Origin: Rhodospirillales bacterium
GTDB lineage: Bacteria; Pseudomonadota; Alphaproteobacteria; UBA8366; JADFVY01
Length of the DNA stretch: 64,000 bases
Reading direction: 5' to 3'
Assembly (NCBI GenBank): GCA_020356105.1
Contig: CP070634.1
Span: 3,611,353-3,675,352 of the forward strand
Positions 37,838 through 47,870 of the stretch are shown piece after piece. The translations under genes and the position numbers were made by a program. The first letter of the stretch is position 1; the number at the start of each line of letters is the position of its first letter. The notes beneath the pieces are model-generated. The model worked only from the letters and a program-made list of their open reading frames with translations. It made no database searches and was not told the origin of the DNA.

Positions 37838-38608
37838 CTATTTGCGGCAGTCGAATACCAGCGTCCTGTTGATGCGCCAGATCCGGCGATAATGAGCCGA
37901 CAGCATGTTGCTCCGGACCTGCCGTACGGCGAAACCCGCACTTCGGAGACGGTCGCCGTAATCTGCGCCGCAGATTCGGACGTGATAGGGATGACCGAAC
38001 GCCGCGTTCCGGCCGGCAGCGGTATCGATCGTCGGGTCCTCGAAAGTCGCGGCGCGCGTGAGGTCGAGCGGCACCATGATCGCTGCCCGGCCGCCGCGGG
38101 CCAGAACCCGGTGCAGCTCGGCCATGGCGGCCCGATCGTCGGCAACGTGTTCGAGGACGTGACTGCAGATCACCGTGTCGAATGCGCCGGACGGGAACGG
38201 CAGGGCCGCCAGGTCGGCGGCCCGGTCGGCGGTCGGATCAAACAGGTCGACCGAGACGTAGCGGATCGCGCGATTGGCCGCAAGCGCATCGCGGATGGCG
38301 GGCTCGGGGGCCACATGGAGTACCCTGGCCCGTCGGCGCAACAGCTTGTAGTCGTCACGCAACAGCAGCCAGAGAAAGCGGTGCCGTTCCAGCGATCCGC
38401 AGCCGGGGCAGCGCGCATTGCGCCGCCCGTTCAACCCGAAGGGCAGGAATTTGCGGAATCGGCCGTCGCAGACGGGGCAGTGCAGGGTGCCGCCGCGCGC
38501 CGGCGAGAGAACCGTTCCTCCCTCCGATCGGGCCCGGCCGTAGACGGCCTCGGCCGGTACATTCAGACGCTGCACCGCGGCAAGGCGCCGGTTCAGGTCG
38601 TCCAGCAT
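37838..38608 (-). CDS. Class I SAM-dependent methyltransferase with N-terminal CxxC...CxxC zinc-ribbon-like segment
   Basis: CPVCDGRF...CPGCGSLERHR, then VLHVAPE...FDTVICSHVLEHVADD...LARGGRAAIMVP (Methyltransf_11-like). Confidence 0.7.
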   Translation of the reverse strand: MLDDLNRRLAAVQRLNVPAEAVYGRARSEGGTVLSPARGGTLHCPVCDGRFRKFLPFGLNGRRNARCPGCGSLERHRFLWLLLRDDYKLLRRRARVLHVAPEPAIRDALAANRAIRYVSVDLFDPTADRAADLAALPFPSGAFDTVICSHVLEHVADDRAAMAELHRVLARGGRAAIMVPLDLTRAATFEDPTIDTAAGRNAAFGHPYHVRICGADYGDRLRSAGFAVRQVRSNMLSAHYRRIWRINRTLVFDCRK

Positions 38609-38710
38609 CCGCGTTTCCTTTCAGCCGCCCCTTTTCTGATCGCCATAGAATCCAATATAATTGCCGTTACCTCGCAGTGTAACGTGGACAGGCACCAGTC
38701 AGCATAAGCC

Positions 38711-39037
38711 ATGGCCAACAAGGATCGGGACAACGGCAACGGAACCGGAACGGGTATCGTCGTCAAGGCCAAGCCAAAGACGAAGAAACCGTCGATGTAC
38801 AAGGTTCTTCTGCTCAATGACGACTACACCCCGATGGAGTTCGTCGTTCATATCCTTGAAAGGTTTTTCGGTAAGAGTAGCGAAGAGGCGACCCGCATCA
38901 TGCTGCACGTGCATCGCCGGGGTGTCGGGGTCTGCGGCGTCTACACATACGAGATCGCTGAAACCAAGGTGAAGCAGGTAATGGATTTTTCCCAACGTCA
39001 CCAGCACCCGCTTCAGTGCACGCTTGAGAAGGAATGA
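38711..39037 (+). CDS. clpS: ATP-dependent Clp protease adaptor ClpS
   Basis: [25 protein letters not shown]...[27 protein letters not shown]. Confidence 0.95.
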   Translation: MANKDRDNGNGTGTGIVVKAKPKTKKPSMYKVLLLNDDYTPMEFVVHILERFFGKSSEEATRIMLHVHRRGVGVCGVYTYEIAETKVKQVMDFSQRHQHPLQCTLEKE

Positions 39038-41337
39038 CCGCCGTGCCATCGCGTAATCTTGAGGACACCATCCACCGCGCCATGGATTTCGCCACCGAGC
39101 GGCGGCACGAGTTCGTCACGCTCGAGCATCTGCTGCTCTCCCTGGCCGAGGATCAGGACGCGGTCGCGGTCTTGCGGGCCTGCGATGTCGATCTCGACAA
39201 GCTGCGTGAAGATCTCTGCAATTACCTGGACAACGATCTGGATTATCTGATCAGCGACAGCATGTCGGATCCGCGTCCGACCGAGGGCTTCAACCGGGCC
39301 CTGCAGCGCGCCATGATCCACGTCCAGTCGTCCGGCCGCGAAGAGGTCACCGGGGCCAACGTGCTGGTGGCGATCTTCTCCGAGCGTGAAAGCCACGCCG
39401 TCTATTTCCTGCAGGAGCAGGACATGACCCGGTTCGACGCGGTAAATTATATAAGCCACGGGATCGCGAAGGTGGCAGGTCTCAGCGAGACGCGCGGTGT
39501 TGAGGGCGCGGACGAGGAGGCCAGCAACGAGCGAGTGAATCGCAAGGGCACCGAGGCGCTAGACGCGTATTGCGTCGATCTGAACCGGAAGGCCGCGAAG
39601 GGTCGGATCGACCCGCTGATCGGCCGCCAGGACGAAGTGGAGCGGACCATCCAGGTGCTGTGCCGCCGCCAGAAGAACAATCCCCTCTATGTCGGCGATC
39701 CGGGAGTCGGCAAGACAGCGATCGCCGAGGGCCTGGCCCGCCGCATTGTCAATGGCGAGGTTCCGGACGTCCTCAAGAAGGCAACGATCTTCGCCCTGGA
39801 CATGGGCGCCCTGCTTGCCGGCACCCGCTATCGGGGCGATTTCGAAGAGCGCCTCAAGGAGGTCCTGCGCGAGCTGGACGAGATGGAGGGCGCGATCCTG
39901 TTCATCGACGAGATCCACACGGTCATCGGGGCCGGCGCGACGAGCGGCGGGGCGATGGATGCCTCCAACCTGCTGAAACCTGCGCTGGCCAGCGGCACGC
40001 TGCGGTGCGTCGGCTCAACCACTTACAAGGAATTCCGCAACCATTTCGAGAAGGACCGGGCGCTGGTGCGGCGGTTCCAGAAGATCGATGTGGCGGAGCC
40101 GACGGTCGAGGATTCGGTCAAGATCCTTAAGGGCCTGAAGCCATATTATGAGAAGCACCACAAAGTGCGATACACGGCCGAGGCGATCCGCGCCTCGGTC
40201 GAGCTGTCCGCCCGCTACATCCACGACCGGAAGCTTCCGGACAAGGCCATCGACGTGATCGACGAGGTCGGCGCGGCGCAGATGCTGCTGCCCGAATCGC
40301 GGCGCAAGAAGACGATTTCGGTCAAGGATGTCGAGGCGGTGGTCGCGAAGATCGCGCGCATTCCGCCGAAATCGGTGTCCAAGGACGACACCAAGGCGCT
40401 GCAGAAGCTGGAGCGCGACCTGAAGACCGTCGTGTTCGGCCAGGACAAGGCGATCTCCGCGCTGTCGAGCGCGATCAAGCTGGCCCGCGCCGGTCTGCGC
40501 GAGCCCGAGAAGCCGATCGGCTGCTATCTGTTCTCGGGCCCGACCGGCGTCGGCAAGACCGAGGTCTCGCGGCAGCTCGCCCACATCATGGGCATCGAGC
40601 TGCATCGATTCGACATGTCGGAATACATGGAGCGCCACAGCGTCAGCCGGCTGATCGGCGCGCCGCCGGGCTATGTCGGTTTCGACCAGGGCGGGCTGCT
40701 CACCGATGCGATCGATCAGCACCCGCATGCGGTACTGCTGCTCGACGAGATCGAGAAGGCGCATCCGGATCTGTTCAACATCCTCCTGCAGGTGATGGAC
40801 CACGGCAAGCTGACCGACAACAACGGCAAGACCGTCGATTTCCGCAACGTGATCCTAATCATGACGACAAATGCCGGGGCAGCTGACCTCGCCAAGCCGG
40901 CCATCGGGTTCGGGCGCGAAAAGCGGGTCGGGGACGATGAGGACGCGATCAACCGGATGTTCACGCCCGAGTTCCGCAATCGCCTTGATGCAATCATCGG
41001 CTTCGTTGCACTTGAGCCCGAGATCGTAACCCGGGTCGTGGACAAGTTCGTGATGGAGCTCGAAGGACAGCTCGCCGACCGCAACGTGACCATCGAGCTC
41101 AGCGACGATGCCCGCAACTGGCTGGCCGAACGGGGCTATGATCCGGCCTTCGGGGCACGTCCGCTCGGCCGCGTCATCCAGGAGAACATCAAGAAGCCGC
41201 TGGCCGAGGAGCTGCTGTTCGGCAAGCTTGCCAAGGGCGGGCTCGTGCGGGTCGAACTCAAGGACGGCAAGCTCGTGTTCAGCTATCCGCCGGCCGAAAC
41301 CGGCAAGTCCAAGGTGCCGGTCCCGGTCGAGAGCTGA
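39034..41337 (+). CDS. clpA: ATP-dependent Clp protease ATP-binding subunit ClpA
   Basis: 767 aa. ATG overlaps the clpS TGA. It has two AAA+ modules ([15 protein letters not shown]; [15 protein letters not shown]). Confidence 0.95.
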   Translation: MTAVPSRNLEDTIHRAMDFATERRHEFVTLEHLLLSLAEDQDAVAVLRACDVDLDKLREDLCNYLDNDLDYLISDSMSDPRPTEGFNRALQRAMIHVQSSGREEVTGANVLVAIFSERESHAVYFLQEQDMTRFDAVNYISHGIAKVAGLSETRGVEGADEEASNERVNRKGTEALDAYCVDLNRKAAKGRIDPLIGRQDEVERTIQVLCRRQKNNPLYVGDPGVGKTAIAEGLARRIVNGEVPDVLKKATIFALDMGALLAGTRYRGDFEERLKEVLRELDEMEGAILFIDEIHTVIGAGATSGGAMDASNLLKPALASGTLRCVGSTTYKEFRNHFEKDRALVRRFQKIDVAEPTVEDSVKILKGLKPYYEKHHKVRYTAEAIRASVELSARYIHDRKLPDKAIDVIDEVGAAQMLLPESRRKKTISVKDVEAVVAKIARIPPKSVSKDDTKALQKLERDLKTVVFGQDKAISALSSAIKLARAGLREPEKPIGCYLFSGPTGVGKTEVSRQLAHIMGIELHRFDMSEYMERHSVSRLIGAPPGYVGFDQGGLLTDAIDQHPHAVLLLDEIEKAHPDLFNILLQVMDHGKLTDNNGKTVDFRNVILIMTTNAGAADLAKPAIGFGREKRVGDDEDAINRMFTPEFRNRLDAIIGFVALEPEIVTRVVDKFVMELEGQLADRNVTIELSDDARNWLAERGYDPAFGARPLGRVIQENIKKPLAEELLFGKLAKGGLVRVELKDGKLVFSYPPAETGKSKVPVPVES

Positions 41338-41392
41338 GCGCCGCAGGGTGCGGCCGACCGGCCGCGCCTCGGGCCCCGATCCCCAACGATCG

Positions 41393-41425
41393 AAAAAAAG
41401 GCCGTCGCGAGCATTCGCGACGGCC
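41393..41425 (-). terminator. Rho-independent terminator (minus strand; hairpin may also stop clpA read-through)
   Basis: GGCCGTCGCGA-gcat-TCGCGACGGCC forms an 11-bp perfect stem. On the minus strand it is followed by TTTTTTT (A-run 41393-41399 on plus). Confidence 0.65.
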
Positions 41426-41490
41426 TCTGTCTATGCGCCCCGGGGGCTTGGCGGGGAGAGCGCCGCCGCCCGTCGATCCGCAGGGCCGGA

Positions 41491-41652
41491 TCAGGGCAGG
41501 AGAGACAGCAGGGTAAGCGTGCCGAAACACAGCATGGAAGCGGCCATGAAGGCAAAATATGCGGTGATCGTCCGTTGAACGACACTCATTCGTCTCACCG
41601 ACCGGTTTTGGGGCCAATACCGGGCCGAGGCAATTTCGCTCATGTACTTCAT
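41491..41652 (-). CDS. Small tail-anchored hydrophobic protein (53 aa; or 32 aa from ATG 41589)
   Basis: This ORF is below the track cutoff: MKYMSEIASARYWPQNRSVRRMSVVQRTITAYFAFMAASMLCFGTLTLLSLLP. It lies between the GNAT-like gene and the strong minus-strand terminator. The RBS is weak. Confidence 0.3.
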   Translation of the reverse strand: MKYMSEIASARYWPQNRSVRRMSVVQRTITAYFAFMAASMLCFGTLTLLSLLP

Positions 41653-41810
41653 CGTTACCGCTCTCATGCAGTCGATTGCGACGATCTCATGATCACCGGG
41701 AAAAAAGGCCGATCCGTGGCGGCAAGCGGGCTATTACGGGGAGAATGACGGTTTGGTCCGGTCGCGGGAGCCGCGCCGGTACCGCCGAGCTCGGGTCAGC
41801 CGACCACGGG

Positions 41811-42989
41811 CTAGCCCGGATCGGCGCGACGATAGGGCGCCGCTTCGGTCATCATCGCCTTGTCGTGGACGATCTGGCGGGCCTCGCGCCGAACGAAATC
41901 CCGGATCGGCTCGCGCAGGCCCGGATCGGCAATCCAGTGGGCGCTGAAGGTGTCGACCGGCAGGTAGCCGCGCTGGACCTTGTGCGGTCCCTGTGTGCCG
42001 GCCTCGACCCGACCGAGGCCGTTCTCGATGGCGAAGTCGATGGCGCGATAGTAGCAGGCCTCGAAATGCAGGAACCGATAGTCGCCGATGGCGCCCCAGT
42101 TGCGCCCATACAGCGCATCGGACCCGCGCAGGTTGAGGGCGCCCGCGATCGGCGCTCCGTCCTGTTCGGCCATGACCAGGATAACGCGGTCGCCGAGCCG
42201 CTCCGTTAGAAGTTCGAAGAATTCCCGATTGAGATACGGATAGCCCCATTTGCGGTCGTAGGTGTTGACGTAGAAACGGTGGAAGTCGTCCCAATGCCGC
42301 GCCTTGATATCGGCTCCGACCAGGATCGGCGTCCGGATGCCGGCCTCTGCGACCTGGCGCCGCTCCTTGACGATCATCTTGCGCTTGCGGCTCATCAGTG
42401 CGGCAAGAAACTCGTCGAAGCTTGCGTAGCCGGGATTGTGCCAGTGGTACTGCATGCCGCGACGGACTAGCCATCCCTGCTGCTCAAGCGTGCGGACCTG
42501 CGATTCCTCGGCGAAGGTCATGTGCACCGAACTCAGCCGATGGCGCTGTGCAAGTTCCACCATGGCGGTGGCCAGCGCCGCTTCGGCGTGGAGCGCCGCA
42601 ACCCCCGGGCGGCCGAGCAGTCGTCGGCCGGGTACCGGCGTGAACGGCACGGCGCATTGCAGCTTCGGATAGTAACGGCCGCCGGCCCGTTCGTATGCGT
42701 CGGCCCAGCCCCAGTCGAAGACATACTCGCCCTGGCTGTGCCCCTTCACATAAAGGGGTGCGACGCCGAGAAGGCTGGCCTCCGGCCCTTCCACCGCCAG
42801 GTGCTGGGGCAGCCAGCCCGTCTCTGCCGAAACGCATCCCGTGTCCTCCAGCGCGCTGAGGAAATCATAAGATACGAACGGATCGCCATGGCCGGCGCAC
42901 GCGTCCCATGCCGCTGCCTGGATCTCGGCGATACGCTGTGCCACCCTAACGGTGAAATGTTCGCTTCCGTCAGCCATCTTTGCGTCCAT
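41811..42989 (-). CDS. GNAT-fold/FemAB-like protein (DUF482, 'peptidogalycan biosynthesis' family)
   Basis: 392 aa. ...WDACAGHGDPFVSYDFLSALEDTGCV...GWLPQHL...YYPKLQCAVPFTPV...FHFEACYYRAIDFAIENGL..VEAGTQGPHKVQRGYLP is the pattern I associate with this family. Confidence 0.7.
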   Translation of the reverse strand: MDAKMADGSEHFTVRVAQRIAEIQAAAWDACAGHGDPFVSYDFLSALEDTGCVSAETGWLPQHLAVEGPEASLLGVAPLYVKGHSQGEYVFDWGWADAYERAGGRYYPKLQCAVPFTPVPGRRLLGRPGVAALHAEAALATAMVELAQRHRLSSVHMTFAEESQVRTLEQQGWLVRRGMQYHWHNPGYASFDEFLAALMSRKRKMIVKERRQVAEAGIRTPILVGADIKARHWDDFHRFYVNTYDRKWGYPYLNREFFELLTERLGDRVILVMAEQDGAPIAGALNLRGSDALYGRNWGAIGDYRFLHFEACYYRAIDFAIENGLGRVEAGTQGPHKVQRGYLPVDTFSAHWIADPGLREPIRDFVRREARQIVHDKAMMTEAAPYRRADPG

Positions 42990-43159
42990 TCGCTACACAG
43001 GATAGGCCGTCGCGCGGTGCCGGCAAGGGTCCAGCGGCGCTTGGCGGCGAGCCGACTTGACATCGGGGACGGTGGCTGCCGATCATCCCGCGCGGGAGCG
43101 CGGCATGATCCGGAGGGGATGGCTTATGAAATCGGAACTGGTGCGGTTCGGAGAGGCCG

Positions 43160-43837
43160 GTGAGTGATCCCGATTCGCAAGGCAGCTCGCCCTATCGCGC
43201 CATCGTCAGCGACGATACCGCGATGGCGCGCAAGCAGTTCGCGGCGGCGGCGGATCGCAATGCCGGGCCGATTCTCGATGTCCTGCGCGATATCATCCCG
43301 ACGGGTGGCCGGGCTCTGGAGATTGCAAGCGGCACGGGGCAGCATGTCGTCGCCTTCGCCGCGGCCTTTCCCGAAATTGACTGGCAGCCAAGTGATCCGG
43401 GCGCCGAGGCGCGGGACAGTATCAGCGCCTGGATTGCCGATGCCGGCCGGCGCAACGTCCTGCCGCCGCTCGATATCGACGTGACACGTGCCGGTTGGGC
43501 GACATCGGCGCATGGGCCCTACGACCTGATCGTGTGCATCAACATGATCCATATCGCTCCCTGGGAGGCCTGTGTCGGCCTGATGCGGGGTGCGGGAACG
43601 CTCCTCGTTCCCGACGGTCTGCTCTACATGTACGGACCCTACCGGCGCGACGGCGTTCACACAGCGCCAAGCAACGCGGCCTTCGATCGGTCGTTGCGCC
43701 TTCGAGACCCCGATTGGGGCGTGCGCGATTTGGCGAAGGTTTCAAAGGCGGCCGCCCGCAATGGCCTGTCGCAAGAGGCCGTCGTGCCGATGCCGGCCAA
43801 TAATCTCTCTCTGGTATTCCGCAGGATCGTCGCCTAG
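43160..43837 (+). CDS. DUF938 family (class I methyltransferase-like) protein
   Basis: AADRNAGPILDVLRDIIP..GRALEIASGTGQHVVAFAAAFPEIDWQPSD...INMIHIAPWE...LYMYGPY is the classic DUF938 pattern. GTG start at 43160, or ATG at 43223. Confidence 0.7.
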   Translation: MSDPDSQGSSPYRAIVSDDTAMARKQFAAAADRNAGPILDVLRDIIPTGGRALEIASGTGQHVVAFAAAFPEIDWQPSDPGAEARDSISAWIADAGRRNVLPPLDIDVTRAGWATSAHGPYDLIVCINMIHIAPWEACVGLMRGAGTLLVPDGLLYMYGPYRRDGVHTAPSNAAFDRSLRLRDPDWGVRDLAKVSKAAARNGLSQEAVVPMPANNLSLVFRRIVA

Positions 43838-43852
43838 GCGGCCGCCCTCGGA

Positions 43853-44482
43853 TTACGGCCCCGGCGGCGCACCGGTGCTTCGCGCGGCGTCCCGCAGTAA
43901 TGTGCGAACGGCGCGACGGTTTCGGTCGTCGAGCCATTTCTCGAAGGTGATGTGCAGCCAGCCAACAGCCAGGTAGGCGAGCGAGACCGCCAGCATCTTC
44001 GAGCCGGACAGCAGGATCGTCGGCGGAATTCCGGCGATCGCGGCCCATGCGACGGTGCCTGCCAGCGCCGCGATGATCGCAAGACCGAGGAAGGCGAATC
44101 CCGACGTCAGATACGCATAGTACATGACCGCAAGGGTGGGCCGCAGCCTGTAGCGTCCGCTGATCGCAACGCCGCCGTCCTCACGCGCCGCGATGTGACC
44201 GGAGAAATAATAGGAACCGGGCCCGATCGGCCAGATCGGAGCACGCGTGCGGTGCTTCAGGGTCACCCGGCCATCGCGCACCCGCCCCACGAACGGCCGG
44301 TTGAACCACAGCCTGGGCAGGGTCAGCAGAAGCGGCAGGCCGTTATCTGCGATCGCCTCGACGGCGGCGACAAATTCCGCACGGGTCGCAGGTCCGACAA
44401 ATCGCCAGGCCTCTTCGCGGAAGAAGCGCCGACGCTGCCATTCGAGGATCCCGCGCAGCGGCCAGGGAAGGTGTTCAATCAT
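43853..44482 (-). CDS. Hypothetical membrane protein
   Basis: Start chosen at ATG 44482 (MIEHLPWPLRG...). The C-terminal half has 2-3 TM helices (LAVMYYAYLTSGFAFLGLAIIAALAGTVAWAAIAGI; MLAVSLAYLAVGWLHI). It lies 100 nt downstream of the alpha-E gene on the same strand. Confidence 0.45.
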   Translation of the reverse strand: MIEHLPWPLRGILEWQRRRFFREEAWRFVGPATRAEFVAAVEAIADNGLPLLLTLPRLWFNRPFVGRVRDGRVTLKHRTRAPIWPIGPGSYYFSGHIAAREDGGVAISGRYRLRPTLAVMYYAYLTSGFAFLGLAIIAALAGTVAWAAIAGIPPTILLSGSKMLAVSLAYLAVGWLHITFEKWLDDRNRRAVRTLLRDAARSTGAPPGP

Positions 44483-44584
44483 CCCCCGTTTGTGCGCCGC
44501 CACCGGTTGCGGATCGGTAAACGAACGCAAAGGCGTCCAGCCGTCCGGCACGCAACCGGCCCTCAATCGACGATATGGCGCGGC

Positions 44585-45523
44585 TCAGGCCGGCGCCGTC
44601 ACCCGGAAATAGGTGTCGGCGATGCAGTCGTGGAGTTCGCCCATCATGATCTGCAAATCGTCGATGAACCGGTTGAGATTGCGCTGCTCCAGCGTCTCGA
44701 GATCCGCGTCGGATACGGCCCGGCGCAAGCGCCGGATGATGCCGATTGCCTTCTGCTTACGCGGCAGCCGCGCGAGGCAGCGTTCAATTTCGCCGAGGCA
44801 GTGGAAGATGGCGCGCGGGAAATCTTCATCCTTCAAAAGATACTCGAGCACATAGATGCGCCGGACCGACTGGTCCACATGCTGCCGGTACATCTGGTAC
44901 CCGGACAGCGATTTCAGGACACTCACCCACTGGATCGTCTCGAACGGCCGCAGCCCGCCGCCCTGGTCCGACAGGAGGTCGGCCGAGCGGACGTCGATGA
45001 TCCGGCTGGTCATGTCCGCGCGTTCCAGATTGCGACCCATGCGAAGGAAATCGAAGCCGATATCCTGGCTCATCGTGCCGGCGAGCAGCCCGGTGATGGT
45101 CTGCGCCCCGTTTATGATCGACCGGAGATACTGGTCGCGATCGGGGAGCAGCTCGCCCTTCTTGAGCTGGCGCGCGGCGAGCGCATGCAGGCCGCTGATC
45201 TGTTCCCATGCTTCGCGCGGCATGATGTCCCGCATTGTCCGCGCATTTTCCCGCGCGCTGCGCAGGCTGCCGATGATCGATGCCGAATTGCGCTCGTCGC
45301 TCACCAGGAAGGCGACGACATTCTTTTCGCTGGGCGCGCGATAGAGCTTGCGAAACATGCGCGCGCTGCCCGTAATCGCGATCAGCGGCTCCCACCCGGT
45401 GCGGGCCCGGGCCGGCAGGTCGAGCTGCAAATGGCCGTTGACGCTGACCATGCGGGCGGTGTTCTCGGCCCGTTCGATGTAGCGAGCCAGCCAGTACAGG
45501 TTTTCCGCAACACGTGAAAGCAT
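44585..45523 (-). CDS. Alpha-E domain protein (DUF403)
   Basis: True start at ATG 45523 (MLSRVAENLYWLARYIERAENTARM...), sharing one base with the upstream TAA (TAATG). FLRMGRNLERADMTSRIID is typical. The upstream part of the 662-aa track ORF overlaps the ATP-grasp gene in another frame. Confidence 0.8.
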   Translation of the reverse strand: MLSRVAENLYWLARYIERAENTARMVSVNGHLQLDLPARARTGWEPLIAITGSARMFRKLYRAPSEKNVVAFLVSDERNSASIIGSLRSARENARTMRDIMPREAWEQISGLHALAARQLKKGELLPDRDQYLRSIINGAQTITGLLAGTMSQDIGFDFLRMGRNLERADMTSRIIDVRSADLLSDQGGGLRPFETIQWVSVLKSLSGYQMYRQHVDQSVRRIYVLEYLLKDEDFPRAIFHCLGEIERCLARLPRKQKAIGIIRRLRRAVSDADLETLEQRNLNRFIDDLQIMMGELHDCIADTYFRVTAPA

Positions 45524-46983
45524 TACGCGTCCCCCGTCTCGTCCACGATCCAGGTGTCTTTGCTGCCGCCGCCCTGCGAGGAGTTGACCACGGTCGATCC
45601 CTTGACCAGCGCGACGCGGGTCAGGCCGCCGGTCGTAACCGATATCTCCCTGCCGGACAGGATGAACGGCCGCAGGTCGACATGGCGCGGCTCGGCGTGG
45701 CTGTCGACCAGGGTCGGCACTGTCGAGAGCGTCAGCATCGGTTGGGCGATATACTCGCGCGGCTTGGCCATGATCTTGCGGGCGAACGATTCGCGTTCCT
45801 TGCGGCCGGCTTGCGGGCCGATCAACATGCCATAGCCGCCAGATTCGTTGGCCGGCTTGACCACCAGCTTCTCGAGGTTGGCGAGCGCGAATTTCCTGTC
45901 GTCCGGCTCCATGCAGCGGTAGGTGGGGACATTGGGAATGATCGCGTCCTGGTCGAGATAGTAGCGGATCATTTGCGGCACATATGCATAGACCACCTTG
46001 TCGTCGGCGACCCCGGCTCCCGGGGCGTTGACGAGCGTCACGGTGCCCTTCTTCCAGGCCCGCATCAGGCCGGGCACGCCGAGCATGGACTTGGGATTGA
46101 AGGCCTCCGGGTCCAGGAACAAATCGTCGATCCGGCGGTAGATGACGTGGACACGCTCGGCACCGTGCACCGTGCGCATGAACACCCGGTCCCTGTCGTC
46201 GACGAAGAGGTCCGAGCCCTGCACCAGCTCCGCCCCCATCTGCTGGGCGAGATAGGCGTGCTCGAAATAGGCGGAATTGTATATGCCGGGCGTCAGCACG
46301 ACGACCTCGGGGCGCTTGACGGTCCGCGGCGCCACCGATATCAGCATCTCGAGCAGCTGTGAGGGGTAATCGTCGACCGGCAGGATGTTGTAGTTCTCGA
46401 ACAGCCCCGGAAACACGCGCTTCATGACCTGCCGGTTCTCGAGCATGTAGGATACGCCCGACGGCACGCGCAGATTGTCTTCCAGCACGTAGAACGTGCC
46501 GTCCTTGTCGCGCACGAGATCTGAGCCACAGATATGGGCCCAGATACCGAGCGGCGGGTTGATCCCGACACATTGCGGCCGAAAATTCCTTGATTTCGCA
46601 ATCACTTCCGCCGGAAACACCTTGTCCTTTACGATCTTCTGCTTGTGGTAGATGTCATCGATGAACAGGTTCAGCGCCCGCACGCGCTGGCGAAGGCCTT
46701 CCTCGATGCGGCTCCAATCGCTGGCGGCGATCACCCGCGGAATGATATCGAACGGCCAGGCCCGATCGATGCTGCCCCCTTCCTTCTGCGAGTAGACGGT
46801 GAAGGTGATGCCCATCGTCTGGATCGCGAGGTCGGCAGCCGCCTTGCGCTGGCGGATCGCCTCGTCGCTGAGCTTCGAGAGCCGGTTGCCCAGGGTCCTT
46901 GCCGCAGGGCGAAGACGTCCCCCCGGCGTGACCAACTCGTCGAAGACACCGGACGCCGGGTAATCCCGCCAGCGGATTGTCAT
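45523..46983 (-). CDS. Circularly permuted ATP-grasp type 2 protein (DUF404/DUF407)
   Basis: Start at ATG 46983 (MTIRWRDYPASGVFDELV...). Conserved stretches are WPFDIIPRVI, FYVLEDNLRVPSGVSYMLENR, VNAPGAGVADDKVVYAYVP, KPANESGGYGM and GGGSKDTW. Confidence 0.85.
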   Translation of the reverse strand: MTIRWRDYPASGVFDELVTPGGRLRPAARTLGNRLSKLSDEAIRQRKAAADLAIQTMGITFTVYSQKEGGSIDRAWPFDIIPRVIAASDWSRIEEGLRQRVRALNLFIDDIYHKQKIVKDKVFPAEVIAKSRNFRPQCVGINPPLGIWAHICGSDLVRDKDGTFYVLEDNLRVPSGVSYMLENRQVMKRVFPGLFENYNILPVDDYPSQLLEMLISVAPRTVKRPEVVVLTPGIYNSAYFEHAYLAQQMGAELVQGSDLFVDDRDRVFMRTVHGAERVHVIYRRIDDLFLDPEAFNPKSMLGVPGLMRAWKKGTVTLVNAPGAGVADDKVVYAYVPQMIRYYLDQDAIIPNVPTYRCMEPDDRKFALANLEKLVVKPANESGGYGMLIGPQAGRKERESFARKIMAKPREYIAQPMLTLSTVPTLVDSHAEPRHVDLRPFILSGREISVTTGGLTRVALVKGSTVVNSSQGGGSKDTWIVDETGDA

Positions 46984-47105
46984 GCCGTATTGCCTTCCCG
47001 AAAGATTGATTGCGATCGAGTCTATAGATATAGGTTTGTATTGCAATTTTCCGCAGTGCCCGCAATGACGAGATCGGGCGCGGCGGCGCGCCGGAGGGCT
47101 GGACA

Positions 47106-47870
47106 GTGACCTATTGCCTCGCCATTCAACTGGACAAGCACCTGGTTTTCGCAGCCGATTCGCGAACCAGCGCCGGCGTGGACAATGTTACCGTCTACAG
47201 CAAGATGCACAGGTTGCCGCTCGGCGAGGATCGGTTGTTCGTGATGCTGACCGCGGGCAACCTCGCGACCACGCAGGCGGTTCTGAGCCGTATCCAGCGT
47301 GACCTCGACAACCCCCACGCCGAGGAGAGCCTGCGCACGGCGGACTACCTGTTCGATGCGGCCCACTATATCGGCCGGATCAGTCGACACGTCCAGGCGG
47401 AGCATTCGGAAGCGTTTGTCGAGCACCAGGGCAATCTTGAGGCCAGCTTCATTCTGGGCGGGCAGATCCGCGGCCGGCCCCACAATATCTACCTGATCTA
47501 TCCGCAGGGCAATTGCATCACGGCCTCGCCTAAGGCGCCATTCCTGCAAATCGGCGAGACCAAATACGGCAAGCCGATTCTCGATCGCGTCATCACGCCC
47601 GAGACATCGCTCGGCGACGCGATCCGCTGCGCGTTGATGTCGATCTCCTCGACCATGCGCAGCAATATTTCCGTCGGCCCGCCCGTCGAGGTCGCCGTGT
47701 ACGAGCGCGATACCTTCGCCGTCGCGCGCCACATGATCCTCGACTACGATTCACGTCTGCTGCTGGACATGGAGGACAGCTGGAGCCAGGGGCTCAGGCG
47801 GGCCCTGTCGGAACTGCCCCGTTTCGAGTGGGAGGAAGAGTCGGGTCCGCGCGAGGTGCAGTCGCGATAA
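47106..47870 (+). CDS. Anbu (ancestral beta subunit) proteasome-type peptidase
   Basis: GTG start followed directly by Thr (M)TYCLAIQLDKHLVFAADSRTSAG. Motifs TAGNLATTQ, YLIYPQGN and QIGETKYGKPILDR match my memory of Anbu sequences. Confidence 0.8.
   Translation: MTYCLAIQLDKHLVFAADSRTSAGVDNVTVYSKMHRLPLGEDRLFVMLTAGNLATTQAVLSRIQRDLDNPHAEESLRTADYLFDAAHYIGRISRHVQAEHSEAFVEHQGNLEASFILGGQIRGRPHNIYLIYPQGNCITASPKAPFLQIGETKYGKPILDRVITPETSLGDAIRCALMSISSTMRSNISVGPPVEVAVYERDTFAVARHMILDYDSRLLLDMEDSWSQGLRRALSELPRFEWEEESGPREVQSR

Noticed and set aside
41338-41490. Possible tRNA or sRNA after clpA.
   Set aside because: No cloverleaf-compatible sequence is present. The only strong structure is the hairpin with a T-run, which I interpret as a terminator.
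44585-46573. 662-aa ORF that would fuse an N-terminal extension to the alpha-E protein.
   Set aside because: The first ~350 aa overlap the circularly permuted ATP-grasp gene in a different frame and are Arg/Pro/Gly-rich. The conserved alpha-E sequence begins at MLSRVAENLYWLARY (ATG 45523), coupled to the upstream stop.
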